A stretch of 64,000 nt of DNA from NCBI GenBank assembly GCA_038321985.1, contig JBBQFN010000004.1:224001-288000 (forward strand), in the 5' to 3' direction. The stretch comes from Cyanophyceae cyanobacterium (GTDB lineage Bacteria > Cyanobacteriota > Cyanobacteriia > Cyanobacteriales > Laspinemataceae). Below, one piece after another: positions 30,932 to 41,664 of the stretch (positions are counted from its first letter, which is position 1; each line of letters begins with the position of its first letter). The position numbers and the translations under genes were made by a program. Under the pieces are notes generated by a model. That model had not been told where the DNA came from. It saw only the letters and a program-made list of their open reading frames with translations, and did no database searches.

Positions 30932-32173
30932 TTAAAAACTCGGATTTACGGGCATTTCTCCCGGTTGTACCGTCACATTCATCGTTTCCCCATCGCGGTT
31001 AATTTGTAGTTGTAAGGCCGTTCCCACTTGTGACCCTTGCACAATTTGTTGCACCGTATCTGACTGAGCAATCACCTTGTTCTCCATTCGTTGAATCACA
31101 TCACCCTCACGCAATCCGGCGCGTTCAGCGGGAGAATTGGGAGACACTCGCACAATTAATACCCCGCTATCCACCGATAACCGCATAGGGCTATTCGGGT
31201 CGGTATTCAATTCTTGCTGTAATTCCGGGGTAATGGTAATCATTTCTACCCCTAAAAAGGGATGTTGGACTTTGCCTGTGGTAATCAATTGCTGGGCGAT
31301 CGCTTGTGCGGTTTGAATGGGAATGGCAAATCCCAACCCTTGTGCACCACTAATAATCGCCGTATTCATCCCAATCACCTCCCCTCGGGCATTCAGCAAC
31401 GGACCCCCGGAGTTACCCGGATTGATTGCCGCATCAGTTTGGATAAACCCGACTCGCTTATCGGGAACCCCTACATCCTGGCTCGATCGCCCTGTGGCGC
31501 TGACAATCCCTGCGGTTACACTATTATCTAAACCCAGAGGATTACCGATCGCGATCGCCCATTCCCCGGGTTGCAGTTGTTCTGAATCTCCCATCGTCGC
31601 CTTGGGTAGATCCGTCGCCTCAATTTTCACCACCGCCACATCAGAAATCGGGTCCTCTCCCAATACCGTACCCTCAAACGTTCGCCCATCCTTAAGGACA
31701 ACACTCACCGTATCTGCACCATTAATCACATGAGCGTTCGTTAAAATCTGACCATCATCACTGATAATAAATCCCGATCCGGTCCCCCTTTCCACCCGTT
31801 GTTGTGGCTCCAGGGACCCTTGTCCGAAAAACCGGCGAAAGAACGGATCGCCAAAGGCATCGGGGATATCGCGACTCACTGTTCGCGCGGCATCAATCCG
31901 GACCACCGCAGGACCCACCTTTTCCACCGCCTCGACAATAAAATTAGAATTTACCGGCAGCGGTAAGACTCCCCGAGGGAGGGGATCGTCACTAGGAGCG
32001 GAAACCGAGGGAGTTCTGGGATCCAAAGAGCCTAATGATAAGGGTCCATTAGAGCGCAACCAGCGATCGCCCATAAATGCCGCACCCGCACCCACCACCA
32101 CCAACAACAGGTAAAGCACCACCTGGGTTCCGGAAAAATTACCCCGATTACTCTCTCGATCTGAATTCTTCAT
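30932..32173 (-). CDS. HtrA/HhoA-family serine protease with PDZ domain
   Basis: TNAHV, DVAVVKI and GNSGGPL catalytic triad; N-terminal TM; C-terminal PDZ. Confidence 0.95.
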   Translation of the reverse strand: MKNSDRESNRGNFSGTQVVLYLLLVVVGAGAAFMGDRWLRSNGPLSLGSLDPRTPSVSAPSDDPLPRGVLPLPVNSNFIVEAVEKVGPAVVRIDAARTVSRDIPDAFGDPFFRRFFGQGSLEPQQRVERGTGSGFIISDDGQILTNAHVINGADTVSVVLKDGRTFEGTVLGEDPISDVAVVKIEATDLPKATMGDSEQLQPGEWAIAIGNPLGLDNSVTAGIVSATGRSSQDVGVPDKRVGFIQTDAAINPGNSGGPLLNARGEVIGMNTAIISGAQGLGFAIPIQTAQAIAQQLITTGKVQHPFLGVEMITITPELQQELNTDPNSPMRLSVDSGVLIVRVSPNSPAERAGLREGDVIQRMENKVIAQSDTVQQIVQGSQVGTALQLQINRDGETMNVTVQPGEMPVNPSF

Positions 32174-32362
32174 TATTGCCTTCCTATCTTCCTTGCTAAA
32201 ACCCGTTAAACAATCGTAGTTTCTAAAAAAAAGACTTAAAAATTAGTCTTTAACCCCTTCGATTATAGACAATTCCTGAATCCAAACTGCGATCGGCCAA
32301 GCAGCACAGAATTTTTTGCTACAGTCATAATGCATCAAAGATTACTGCTTGCGAGGTCAGTC

Positions 32363-33739
32363 GTGGACATTCCTCTCGAAAATCTTTGGGATCGGGTACT
32401 GGAACGGTTACAAGTGCAACTGAGCCGTCCCACCTTTGAAACCTGGATCAAGACTGCTACTGCCGTGCAGCTAGAAAATAACTGTTTGGTGATCGACACG
32501 CCCAACCCCTTCGCCCGCAACTGGTTACAGAAGTATTACATTAAAACCATTGCCGATGTCGTAACGGATATCCTCGGTCATCCCGTGGATATTTACATCA
32601 CAACCAGCGGTAGCGATGTCACACAGGCTTCTACTCGGGGGGAATATATGTGGCCCTCTCCCATTCTCACCCGCATCGACGAACCCACCCCCATTCACCC
32701 CCCTCGTCCTAAGGAACTCAATTCTAAATATGTCTTTTCCCGCTTTGTGGTGGGTGCGAACAACCGCATGGCTCATGCTGCCTCTCTTGCCGTTGCCGAA
32801 TCTCCAGGACGAGAGTTTAATCCGTTATTTCTCTGTGGTGGCGTTGGATTGGGAAAAACGCATCTGATGCAGGCGATCGGTCATTATCGTTTAGAAATTT
32901 CTCCCAATTGTAAAATATTCTACGTTTCTACGGAACAATTTACTAATGATTTAATTGCCGCCATTCGTAAGGATAGTATGCAAAGTTTCCGGGAACATTA
33001 TCGAGCGGCAGATGTGTTATTAGTCGATGACATTCAGTTTATTGAAGGCAAAGAATATACTCAAGAAGAATTTTTCTATACTTTTAATACGCTCCATGAA
33101 GCGGGAAAGCAAGTGGTCTTAGCTTCCGACCGACCCCCGAATCAAATTCCCCGACTGCAAGAACGTTTATGTTCCCGGTTCTCAATGGGGTTAATTGCTG
33201 ACATTCAAACCCCCGACTTAGAAACCCGCATGGCAATTTTGCAAAAAAAAGCTGAATATGAAAATATGCGCTTGCCCCGGGATGTAATTGAATATATTGC
33301 GTCTCATTTTACCTCTAATATTAGAGAATTAGAAGGCGCATTAATTCGAGTGGTGGCTTATCTTTCCATTTCTGGATTACCGATGACCGTGGAAAATATT
33401 GCACCCATTTTAAATCCCCAAACTGAACCCGTGAAGGCGACGGTAGAATCGGTGATGATGGCCGTAGTAGAGATATTGGGAATTTCCTTAGAGGATTTAA
33501 AAGGGAATTCGCGACGCAGAGAAATCAGCCAAGCGCGTCAGATTGCGATGTATCTGATCCGTCAGCATACGGAGTTGAGTTTACCAAAGATTGGAGAAGA
33601 GTTTGGGGGAAAAGACCATACCACCGTGATGTACAGTTGCGAGAAAATTGCTCAACTCAAGGATAACGATGTGGAAATTCGGAATTTGCTACGTCAGGTG
33701 AGCGATCGCATTCATTTTGCGAGTAAATCGTCCCGGTAA
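32363..33739 (+). CDS. dnaA: Chromosomal replication initiator
   Basis: [20 protein letters not shown] and GGKDHTTV motifs. Likely GTG start at 32363 (VDIPLENLW); the ORF track start is 32330. Confidence 0.97.
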   Translation: MDIPLENLWDRVLERLQVQLSRPTFETWIKTATAVQLENNCLVIDTPNPFARNWLQKYYIKTIADVVTDILGHPVDIYITTSGSDVTQASTRGEYMWPSPILTRIDEPTPIHPPRPKELNSKYVFSRFVVGANNRMAHAASLAVAESPGREFNPLFLCGGVGLGKTHLMQAIGHYRLEISPNCKIFYVSTEQFTNDLIAAIRKDSMQSFREHYRAADVLLVDDIQFIEGKEYTQEEFFYTFNTLHEAGKQVVLASDRPPNQIPRLQERLCSRFSMGLIADIQTPDLETRMAILQKKAEYENMRLPRDVIEYIASHFTSNIRELEGALIRVVAYLSISGLPMTVENIAPILNPQTEPVKATVESVMMAVVEILGISLEDLKGNSRRREISQARQIAMYLIRQHTELSLPKIGEEFGGKDHTTVMYSCEKIAQLKDNDVEIRNLLRQVSDRIHFASKSSR

Positions 33740-34075
33740 AGGGTGCGGGTTGTTTGGAAATAGCCCAGGCTGAATTACAATTCGTAAGGGAGTGAGTTCG
33801 CAAAGGGAGCGATCACCTGGGAAACATCCTATTTTATGGTGGAAAAGAGAGGGAAAACCCCTTCACCCTGGGTCCAAATTACGGATTAAGTAAAAATGCT
33901 TTGGGGAAAAATTACCGAAGTTTTCCACAAGTTTTCCACAGGGGGAGAGCATCAGAAAAAAGGCGATCGCTCCTTCCCCACTGGATAGAGTAAAGAACCA
34001 GTGGTACGATTGGCGATCGGGCCAAAATTGCGCCGCTCGCTGTACTGAATCCAAACAAGGCACCTCTAACGACTC
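33740..34075. other. Probable replication origin (oriC)
   Basis: dnaA-dnaN spacer with cyanobacterial DnaA boxes TTTTCCACA at 33921-33929 and 33932-33940, and one-mismatch reverse boxes at 33838-33846 and 33902-33910. Confidence 0.75.
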
Positions 34076-35266
34076 ATGAAATTTATTTGCGCTCAAAACC
34101 AACTCGCCACCAATCTGTCCCTGATCAGTCGTGCAGTCCCCTCTCGTCCGACTCATCCGGTACTCGCCAACGTGCTACTCAGTGCCGATGAGGAACAGCA
34201 GCAAGTTAGCTTAACTGCCTTTGATTTATCCCTGGGGATCAAAACCAGCTTTGCCGCCATAGTCGAAACCAGCGGTACTCTCACCCTCCCCGCCAAACTG
34301 TTTAACGACATTATCTCTCGTCTGCCGGATGGAGACGTCACCCTCGACGATGAAAGACCCTCCACTGGGGATGATGCCTCTGCCGAAGCAGGAATTTTAG
34401 CCACCATCACCTCCACATCCGGACGCTATGAAGTGCGAGGAATGAGTGCGGAAGAATTTCCCGCACTGCCGACGATTTCTGACGGACAAACGGTGCAACT
34501 TCCCGCCGAGGCCCTACTGCAAGGATTACATGGCACCCTCTTCGCCACCTCTGCCGATGAAACCAAGCAAGTGTTAACCGGAGTTCATTTAATCGTCCAT
34601 GCGGATAGTTTAGAATTTGCCGCCACCGATGGACATCGCTTGGCGATCGTCGAAACCATCAACGAAACACAAGACAGCGACGACGAATCAGAAGAACCCG
34701 ATGAAGATGCCGAGGAACTAGAAGTCACCGTTCCCGCGCGTGCCTTACGGGAACTCGATCGCATCGTGGGAATGCATGAAGGACATGAACCGATTTCCCT
34801 CAACTTTGACCCCGGACAAATCGTCCTAGAACTGGGAGGATTTCGTCTCACCAGTCGCACCTTAGAAGGTCAATATCCCGCCTATAGTCAATTAGTCCCC
34901 CGGTCCTTTGAGCGCCAAGTCACCGTAGAACGCCGCCAACTTCTCAGCGCCTTAGAACGAATTGGAGTCTTAGCCGATCGCAAAAATAATATCGTCAAAT
35001 TCTCCATCGATCAGGAAAAACAAATGCTCTCTCTCTCCGTTGAAGCGGCTGATGTAGGCAGTGGTCGAGAATCCATGTCCGCCCAAATTACTGGGGAGAG
35101 TTTAGACATTGCATTTAACGTTAAATATGCAATGGAATCCTTGAAAAATATCAGCGCCACCGAGATTATCATCAAGCTGAATTCAGCGACCTCCCCTGTG
35201 GTTTTATCTCCGTTAACTGGGGTAAAAATGACCCATTTAATCATGCCTGTTCAGATGCGGGGGTAA
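34076..35266 (+). CDS. dnaN: DNA polymerase III beta clamp
   Basis: HPVLANV, AATDGHRL, GQYP and LIMPV motifs; lies downstream of dnaA. Confidence 0.97.
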   Translation: MKFICAQNQLATNLSLISRAVPSRPTHPVLANVLLSADEEQQQVSLTAFDLSLGIKTSFAAIVETSGTLTLPAKLFNDIISRLPDGDVTLDDERPSTGDDASAEAGILATITSTSGRYEVRGMSAEEFPALPTISDGQTVQLPAEALLQGLHGTLFATSADETKQVLTGVHLIVHADSLEFAATDGHRLAIVETINETQDSDDESEEPDEDAEELEVTVPARALRELDRIVGMHEGHEPISLNFDPGQIVLELGGFRLTSRTLEGQYPAYSQLVPRSFERQVTVERRQLLSALERIGVLADRKNNIVKFSIDQEKQMLSLSVEAADVGSGRESMSAQITGESLDIAFNVKYAMESLKNISATEIIIKLNSATSPVVLSPLTGVKMTHLIMPVQMRG

Positions 35267-35326
35267 TTTTTATAGCGCGATTAGGTTGACTTGTTTCTGA
35301 GATAAATTGTTAGGATTAAGAAAAGA

Positions 35327-35449
35327 AACGACTAAAGTCGTCACTACAAACGGGGAAAAAACTCCTTTTGTTCGTAGTGACGACTTCAGGCGTCTCCCGG
35401 CATTTTCGTAAGAAGAAGCGCCTAAAGTCATCACTACAAACGGGGAAAA
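35327..35449. repeat. REP-like family A cluster (-,+,-)
   Basis: Copies at 35327-35351(-), 35370-35394(+) and 35417-35441(-); the outer copies are both followed by GGGGAAAA, 90 bp apart. Confidence 0.85.
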
Positions 35450-35857
35450 CACTTCAGTTTTTTCTCTGGACATCAAGCGGCTAGATAATAATACTCGGCA
35501 TTGAGCCTTTACAATCACTAGGCTAGGGTAAAGGGGAAATTTTCTGCAAAAAGATAAAATTTAAGACAATCAACCAGGTAGGTTTATACAGGTTGAATTT
35601 TAGAAACTTAACAAAATATATAGAATCTTTTAATCCGTCTTTGGATAAAGTAAATAATAATGAGTCAACCGACTGGAGCAACGCAAACTACTGCCTTCAT
35701 CCCTGGAGGGCGCGCAAAGATTGGCCTCTTTCTCGAAAAAAAAAAGGGGCGACTTCAGGGTTTGATTTGCTTTAAGGGTCATCTCATCAATTGGGGATCT
35801 GCACCCCCAGCAGATGTCCAACTTTTTTTAATGGGGGTTACAGGAGGTCAAAACGAT

Positions 35858-36199
35858 ATGAATTGGTATCTGAAAGTATTGAAAAACTATGCCGTAGTCA
35901 CTGGAAGAGCAAGCCGCGAAGAATACTGGATGTTTATCCTGTTCAACTTCATCGCTCTAGTCTTATTATCAATAATTGAGGGGGTACTCGGAGGAATGAC
36001 CAATACGGATCAGGGTGTACTCACAATTATTTATCAACTAGCGGTGTTTGTTCCAAGCCTTGCCGTGGGTGTTCGGAGAATGCATGATACCAATCGTAGT
36101 GGATGGTGGCTCATTGTCCCGATCGCCAATATAATTTTTACTCTAACAGACGGAACACCTGGGGAAAATAAATACGGACTCGACCCCAAATCCCGATAA
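35858..36199 (+). CDS. DUF805 (YhaH-like) membrane protein
   Basis: NYA..TGRASREEYW, AVGVRRMHDTNRSGWW and GENKYG motifs. Start moved to ATG 35858 (GGAGG RBS). Confidence 0.9.
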   Translation: MNWYLKVLKNYAVVTGRASREEYWMFILFNFIALVLLSIIEGVLGGMTNTDQGVLTIIYQLAVFVPSLAVGVRRMHDTNRSGWWLIVPIANIIFTLTDGTPGENKYGLDPKSR

Positions 36200-36342
36200 A
36201 CCTTTCTGATCGGGACTCTAAAATCGGATTCCACTTCGGAGAAAGGATTGAGTGCAATCTTCAATCATATTTCATATTTCGGTCATTTTGTTAAAACCTC
36301 ACCGTTGAAACGACGTCCTAATTCTGCCATTCCCACCAAAGC

Positions 36343-36378
36343 AAAAGGGGTTACAACATTACTGTTGTAACCCCTTTT
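36343..36378. terminator. Bidirectional intrinsic terminator (tRNA-Leu / DUF805)
   Basis: AAAAGGGGTTACAACA-TTAC-TGTTGTAACCCCTTTT. Confidence 0.85.
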
Positions 36379-36387
36379 CAGCTTTAA

Positions 36388-36468
36388 TGCGGATGGCGAG
36401 ACTCGAACTCGCAAGGCAAAGCCACACGCCCCTCAAACGTGCGCGTATACCAATTCCGCCACATCCGC
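36388..36468 (-). tRNA. trnL: tRNA-Leu(GAG)
   Basis: Reverse complement GCGGATGTGGCGGAATTGGTATACGCGCACGTTTGAGGGGCGTGTGGCTTTGCCTTGCGAGTTCGAGTCTCGCCATCCGCA shows an acceptor stem, loop TT-GAG-GG, a variable arm and GTTCGA. CCA is not encoded. Confidence 0.96.
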
Positions 36469-36732
36469 ACGCAATGAACCATCTTAGCTCATCTATAGAT
36501 TAACTTACCATACTTTTCTCAAAAATTTTCACAATTTTGAAATATTTTTTTCAAAATTGTGAAAATTGCCCACCGGACAACGGTTTGAGCCTCTTGATGC
36601 TCCAAGGGTAAACTCGTATTATCGGATACATGATAGGATTGGGAGTTGGCATATCCATGCTGCTGAATCCGGGACACCCACCACGATTCGGTCATCCTTT
36701 ATTGATTTTACGAGTTGAGCAACCGCAGGCCC

Positions 36733-38082
36733 ATGCAATTCTCCAAAGTTCTCATTGCCAATCGCGGCGAAATCGCCCTTCGGATTCTCCGGACCTGTGA
36801 GGAGATGGGGATTGCCACGGTTGCGGTACACTCCACCATAGACCGTCACGCCCTGCACGTTCAACTGGCGGATGAGGCGGTTTGTATTGGCGAACCTCCC
36901 AGTGCTAAAAGCTATCTGAATATTCCCAATATCATCTCTGCGGCACTAACCCTGAACGCTACGGCGATTCACCCCGGTTATGGGTTCTTGTCTGAAAATG
37001 CCCGGTTTGCCGAAATCTGTGCGGATCATCAGATTAGTTTTATCGGACCGACTCCTGAGGCGATGCGCGCAATGGGGGATAAGTCTACGGCAAAGGAAAC
37101 CATGCAAAAGGCGGGAGTGCCGACGGTCCCGGGAAGCGATGGGTTAATTAGTCACGAAAAAGATGCCCGGGAAATTGCTAAAAAAATCGGCTATCCCGTC
37201 ATTATTAAGGCAACTGCTGGGGGTGGCGGACGAGGAATGCGCTTAGTTCGGGAAGAAAGCGAACTGCCGAAACTGTTCGCTGCGGCGCAAGGGGAAGCAG
37301 AAGCGGCGTTTGGTAATCCGGGGGTTTATTTAGAAAAATTTATCGAACGCCCTCGCCACATCGAATTCCAAATTCTGGCGGATACTCACGGCAATGTGAT
37401 CCATTTGGGGGAACGGGAATGCTCGATTCAGCGCCGCCATCAAAAACTCCTGGAAGAAGCCCCCAGCCCAGCCCTAACCCCCAGCTTGCGCCAAAAAATG
37501 GGCAAGGCAGCGGTGAAAGCGGCGAAGTCTATTAATTATACGGGTGCTGGAACGATTGAATTTCTACTGGATCATTCGGGTCATTTCTACTTTATGGAAA
37601 TGAATACTCGGATCCAAGTAGAACATCCAGTGACGGAAATGATTACGGGGTTGGATTTGATTGCGGAACAGATTCGGATTGCTCAAGGGGAAAAACTACG
37701 TTTGAGTCAGGACGAAGTGCAGTTAAGGGGTCATGCGATCGAATGTCGGATCAATGCAGAGGACCCCGATCGCAATTTTCGCCCCAGTCCCGGACGCATT
37801 AACGGGTTTTTACCCCCTGGAGGTCCCGGTGTGCGGATGGATTCCCACGTTTACACGGATTACGATATTCCCGCCTACTATGACTCGTTAATTGGCAAGC
37901 TAATCGTCTGGGGTTGCGATCGCCCTTCGGCCCTCAAACGGATGAGACGTGCACTCCGCGAATGTGCTATTACCGGGGTCCCGACTACGATTCCCTTCCA
38001 CCAAAAGATTTTGGAACATCCCGATTTTATCAAGGGGGATGTTTATACGAATTTTGTGGAACAGATGATGGCGAAGGAATGA
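36733..38082 (+). CDS. accC: Acetyl-CoA carboxylase biotin carboxylase subunit
   Basis: [21 protein letters not shown] and [10 protein letters not shown] motifs. Start placed at ATG 36733. Confidence 0.97.
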   Translation: MQFSKVLIANRGEIALRILRTCEEMGIATVAVHSTIDRHALHVQLADEAVCIGEPPSAKSYLNIPNIISAALTLNATAIHPGYGFLSENARFAEICADHQISFIGPTPEAMRAMGDKSTAKETMQKAGVPTVPGSDGLISHEKDAREIAKKIGYPVIIKATAGGGGRGMRLVREESELPKLFAAAQGEAEAAFGNPGVYLEKFIERPRHIEFQILADTHGNVIHLGERECSIQRRHQKLLEEAPSPALTPSLRQKMGKAAVKAAKSINYTGAGTIEFLLDHSGHFYFMEMNTRIQVEHPVTEMITGLDLIAEQIRIAQGEKLRLSQDEVQLRGHAIECRINAEDPDRNFRPSPGRINGFLPPGGPGVRMDSHVYTDYDIPAYYDSLIGKLIVWGCDRPSALKRMRRALRECAITGVPTTIPFHQKILEHPDFIKGDVYTNFVEQMMAKE

Positions 38083-38116
38083 TGAAAGATAGAAAGGGGG
38101 ATGGGGAAGAAAAGGA

Positions 38117-38142
38117 GACGACAGCAAGTCGTTACTACAAAC
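38117..38142 (-). repeat. REP-like family A single copy
   Basis: Reverse complement GTTTGTAGTAACGACTTGCTGTCGTC. Confidence 0.8.
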
Positions 38143-38175
38143 ATCCTCCCCGTGCTTCCTGGTTCGTCCTTATCT

Positions 38176-38466
38176 CTAGTGCATCATCATCCGCAACAAT
38201 CCTTGCTGACCCAGAAGTATTTCCCGGAGTAAACTGAAAATGCCGACCCAGATAATGGGGGTAATGTCTACCCCGCCTAGAGGGGCGATGATTTTACGCG
38301 TGGGGGCTAAAAAGGGTTCGGTGGGGATGGCAATAAGGCTCCAGGGAAATTTAGTCAGTTCGATTTGGGGATACCAGGTTAGGATAATCCGGAAAATAAA
38401 GCATAAGGTCATCACGACCAAGAGGGGGCCAAGGATCCAACTGGCGATCGCTACCGATGTCATCAT
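38176..38466 (-). CDS. YggT/YlmG family membrane protein
   Basis: RIILTWYP...PTEPFL.PTRK.I.PLGGVDITPI. Start placed at ATG 38466 (or 38463). Confidence 0.9.
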   Translation of the reverse strand: MMTSVAIASWILGPLLVVMTLCFIFRIILTWYPQIELTKFPWSLIAIPTEPFLAPTRKIIAPLGGVDITPIIWVGIFSLLREILLGQQGLLRMMMH

Positions 38467-38665
38467 GAGTAAAAATTTAAGTTTTGTTACAACCTTGTTA
38501 ACTCTATTGTATTTCAATCCCCGCACCCCTGTGTAGGGCCTTCTATTTGCCCTTAACTCTCAACCCCTAGGCGATCAAGTTTCTGAATTGGAAGAAACTG
38601 GACTTCTAAACGTGGTAAATGTTTAATAAAATTATAGAAATGTAAATCTTGTTTAAGGAGAAACT

Positions 38666-38785
38666 ATGACGCCATCACTCGCCAACCTTTTTTGGAGCCT
38701 CTTCTGGGGTACGGTCATTGTCGTGATCCCTGCCACTGCTGCTCTCATCTTCATCAGCCAGAAAGATAAAGTGCAACGCTTCTAA
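38666..38785 (+). CDS. psbX: Photosystem II reaction centre protein X
   Basis: Below the ORF-track cutoff. MTPSLANLFWSLFWGTVIVVIPATAALIFISQKDKVQRF*, with an AAGGAG RBS and the conserved yggT-psbX-ycf66 context. Confidence 0.95.
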   Translation: MTPSLANLFWSLFWGTVIVVIPATAALIFISQKDKVQRF

Positions 38786-39086
38786 ACAGGTGAACTCAAT
38801 AGACAACCTGCAAAATTCCAAAGAGATCCCCCAATCCCCTTTGTCAATGCCCATCGGCTTGAGAGAATTTTGCAATTCGTCTAATATAAACCTCAGCTAG
38901 AGCGATCGCAAACCCCTCCAGATGGTTGAGTGATCGCTGGAGGCTGAGGTTTTTTCGATTAAAAGGGGACTGAGGCGATCGTCGCTAATTAGGACCCAGG
39001 CTGAAAGCGGTAAAATCAAGGGAAAAGGAGTGGGTGGAGATTTGGCGGGATACTCGCTAACATAAAAAAGATGAAGGAGAGAGCAG

Positions 39087-39896
39087 ATGGTAAATTTTAG
39101 TCTCAACTTAGCGAGTATTGTTGGAATCGCGATCGCCATCGGTGGGGCGGGTCTCTATGCAGTCCGCTCATGGCGTCCCGAACTATCGCGAGATACCGAC
39201 CTGTTTTTTGCAGCCGTGGGGTTGCTTTGTGGCGGCATTCTATTCTTTTACGGATGGCGCTTTGACCCGATTATGCAGTTCGGTCAGATTCTGTTGGGAG
39301 GATCCGCAATTTACTTTGCCTTTGACAACATTCGTTTGCGCGGCGTGACTACAAATCAGGCGAAGCGCCAATCGGGGCGAATTGTTGATGAGGAACGTCC
39401 CGTCAGTAGCGTGTATCGAGTCGATGCGGAACTCGACGAAATCGACTCCTACGAGGAAAATCCCACCCGACGCCGGATCAAGGGTACTCAGGACCCAAGA
39501 GCGGCTCGCAATCCCTATTATGCGGATGAGGCCCCCAGACGTCCGCCCGGTCGCCGGACCAGTCCCGATCGCGCTACTCCCGGTACTCGGACGCGTCGTC
39601 CCCGCTCAACGGAACGCCCCCCCAGCGGTCCTGCCTATCCGGAATGGGAGGCATCGGTGGATACGGAGGATAGAACCGGACGACGTGCGCCCTCAAGTTC
39701 CGAAACCGCCGGTAATACAACCAGTAGAAAACCCCCAGGTGCGCGTCCCTCGCGGACTCCTCCCCCAGAGGAACGGACCCGTAGACCGGCTCCCCCAGAA
39801 GAACAGCCTCCCAGCGATTATGTAGATTATCAACCAATCGACCCTTTAGAAGAGGACGATCACGAACAGGATAATACGGGTAATTTCGATTATTAA
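39087..39896 (+). CDS. ycf66: Ycf66 family protein
   Basis: RPELSRD.D.FF..VGLLCG.IL...GWR.DPI.QFGQ, followed by a disordered Arg/Pro-rich tail. Confidence 0.9.
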   Translation: MVNFSLNLASIVGIAIAIGGAGLYAVRSWRPELSRDTDLFFAAVGLLCGGILFFYGWRFDPIMQFGQILLGGSAIYFAFDNIRLRGVTTNQAKRQSGRIVDEERPVSSVYRVDAELDEIDSYEENPTRRRIKGTQDPRAARNPYYADEAPRRPPGRRTSPDRATPGTRTRRPRSTERPPSGPAYPEWEASVDTEDRTGRRAPSSSETAGNTTSRKPPGARPSRTPPPEERTRRPAPPEEQPPSDYVDYQPIDPLEEDDHEQDNTGNFDY

Positions 39897-40019
39897 GCAA
39901 CCGGGGAGAGAAACGGGCGATCAGGGGCAATTGATGGCGATCGCCCCTTTGTTAATGGGTTAATTTAGTGCCATTTCCCCAAATTGTGGTGTCCCTATCC
40001 TCAACTGGGAAGATCCAAA

Positions 40020-40592
40020 GTGTACAGATTCACTCTACAGAAAATAATCCGCTCCGGTTTAACCCTAGGGTTGGGGTTAAGTTTGGGAAGCCTTGTGGTA
40101 GGTTGCAACCCTACCAGTCTCCCGATCGGGCCAACTTCTATCAATAGTCGCTATACCGATGAACAACCCTCCCTGAGTGCCAATGGTCGCTTTCTAGCCT
40201 TTGTCTCTAATCGCAATGGCAGCCGAAATATTTTGCTATATGACTTGCAAAATCGACAGTTTGCTGAGTTGCCAGGGTTAAACCGACAAAATGCGATCGC
40301 CGAGAGTCCTAGCATCAGCAACACCGCCCGTTATATCCTTTACCTCACCAATAACCAAGGCCGATCTTCGGTCATCTTATACGATCGCATCACCCAAGGT
40401 TCCCAAGTCATTTACCAACCCTATCAAGGGTGGGTTCGCAATCCCAAAATCAGCCCGGACGGTCGTTATATCGTCTTTGAAAGTGGCGGTCGCGGTCAGT
40501 GGGATATTGAAGTCCTCGATCGCGGACCTAGTGTTGAATTAGACCTTGTTGATGGCGTTCCCTCCGGTTTCTCCTTAACCGGACCGCAGTAA
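40020..40592 (+). CDS. TolB-like PD40-repeat lipoprotein
   Basis: LVVGC lipobox-like signal; PSLSANGRFLAF and PKISPDGRYIVF repeats. Start uncertain (GTG 40020 or 39984). Confidence 0.85.
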   Translation: MYRFTLQKIIRSGLTLGLGLSLGSLVVGCNPTSLPIGPTSINSRYTDEQPSLSANGRFLAFVSNRNGSRNILLYDLQNRQFAELPGLNRQNAIAESPSISNTARYILYLTNNQGRSSVILYDRITQGSQVIYQPYQGWVRNPKISPDGRYIVFESGGRGQWDIEVLDRGPSVELDLVDGVPSGFSLTGPQ

Positions 40593-40639
40593 TTCTAAAT
40601 TTTGTCTCAGGGTAATTCACATTAAACCCCCGTGAAATT

Positions 40640-41167
40640 GTGAAGCGCTTTCTTTTAATTCCAATGGTTTCCCTGGTCAGTCTTTTGAGTAGCTGCACCA
40701 CCTATCCGCGTCTACTCAATTTTACCTTCGATCCCGCAGGACGGAGTTTAAATAGTCCCAGTGATGATATTACCCCGCAAATCTCCGGACGTTTTATCAC
40801 CTTTGTCTCCGATCGCCAGGGACGACAAGATGTCTACCTATTTGATGGCAACAATCGCCGTCTAGTTGATATTCCTGGGTTAAATCAACTGGATATCCTC
40901 GCCTCCCACCCCGGCATCTCTGAAAATGGCCGCTATATTGTCTTTGCCGGAACTCGTCAGGGACAATCCAATATTTACCTCCATGATCGCGAAACGCGAC
41001 AGTTACGCAACCTCACGGAAAATTTCAAAGCGGAAGTTCGTAATCCGGCGATCAGTGCCGATGGCACAACCATCGCCTTTGAATCTAGCGCCAATGGACA
41101 ATGGGATCTGATGATTCTAGATACGCGATCGGGTCAACCCCTCGATATCCCCATCGCCCCCCGTTAA
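40640..41167 (+). CDS. TolB-like PD40-repeat lipoprotein
   Basis: LLSSC lipobox; PGISENGRYIVF and PAISADGTTIAF repeats. Confidence 0.85.
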   Translation: MKRFLLIPMVSLVSLLSSCTTYPRLLNFTFDPAGRSLNSPSDDITPQISGRFITFVSDRQGRQDVYLFDGNNRRLVDIPGLNQLDILASHPGISENGRYIVFAGTRQGQSNIYLHDRETRQLRNLTENFKAEVRNPAISADGTTIAFESSANGQWDLMILDTRSGQPLDIPIAPR

Positions 41168-41183
41168 CCCGATTCTTCTCCAA

Positions 41184-41283
41184 GTTCAGCGTCACGACTT
41201 CAGTCGTTTTCTTATCTTCGTAGTAACGACTTCAGTCGTGATCCTATCTGTAGGGGCGATTCATGAATCGCCCCTACAGATAG
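41184..41283. repeat. Two family A REPs plus a perfect 40-bp GTAG-type palindrome
   Basis: Family A at 41184-41208 and 41216-41240; CTATCTGTAGGGGCGATTCA|TGAATCGCCCCTACAGATAG at 41244-41283. Confidence 0.85.
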
Positions 41284-41664
41284 AGAGGTAATGGGTAAGT
41301 CCTCATCTTAAACCCCGGCCCGTTGTTGCAACCCTTCAAACAACAACTCATCTAAAGATGGATTGACTTTCAACAAAATCCCGCGCACCAGACGATGTTC
41401 ATTCTCAATCCACCAGGAAGCGCTATCAATTTCAGCAATCACAACATCCAGGCGCGATCGCAAAAACACAGACCAATCCCTACATAACTCCGACCCTTGA
41501 AAATAACCGATCGCTGGCTCGGAAATTTCTTTCCCTCTTTTAATTTCATCTTTTTCCCCACCAACTCCAGCAAGGGTAAAGTTACCAAAATTGGACTATC
41601 CACAACTCCTAACAATTAGAGCAGTAAATGTCCTGCTCCTACAACAGGTGATGGGTACATCCGG

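Noticed and set aside
35450..36388. Genomic islet integrated at the tRNA-Leu 3' end (DUF805 region)
   Set aside because: No integrase and no duplicated tRNA 3' end (att site) could be seen.
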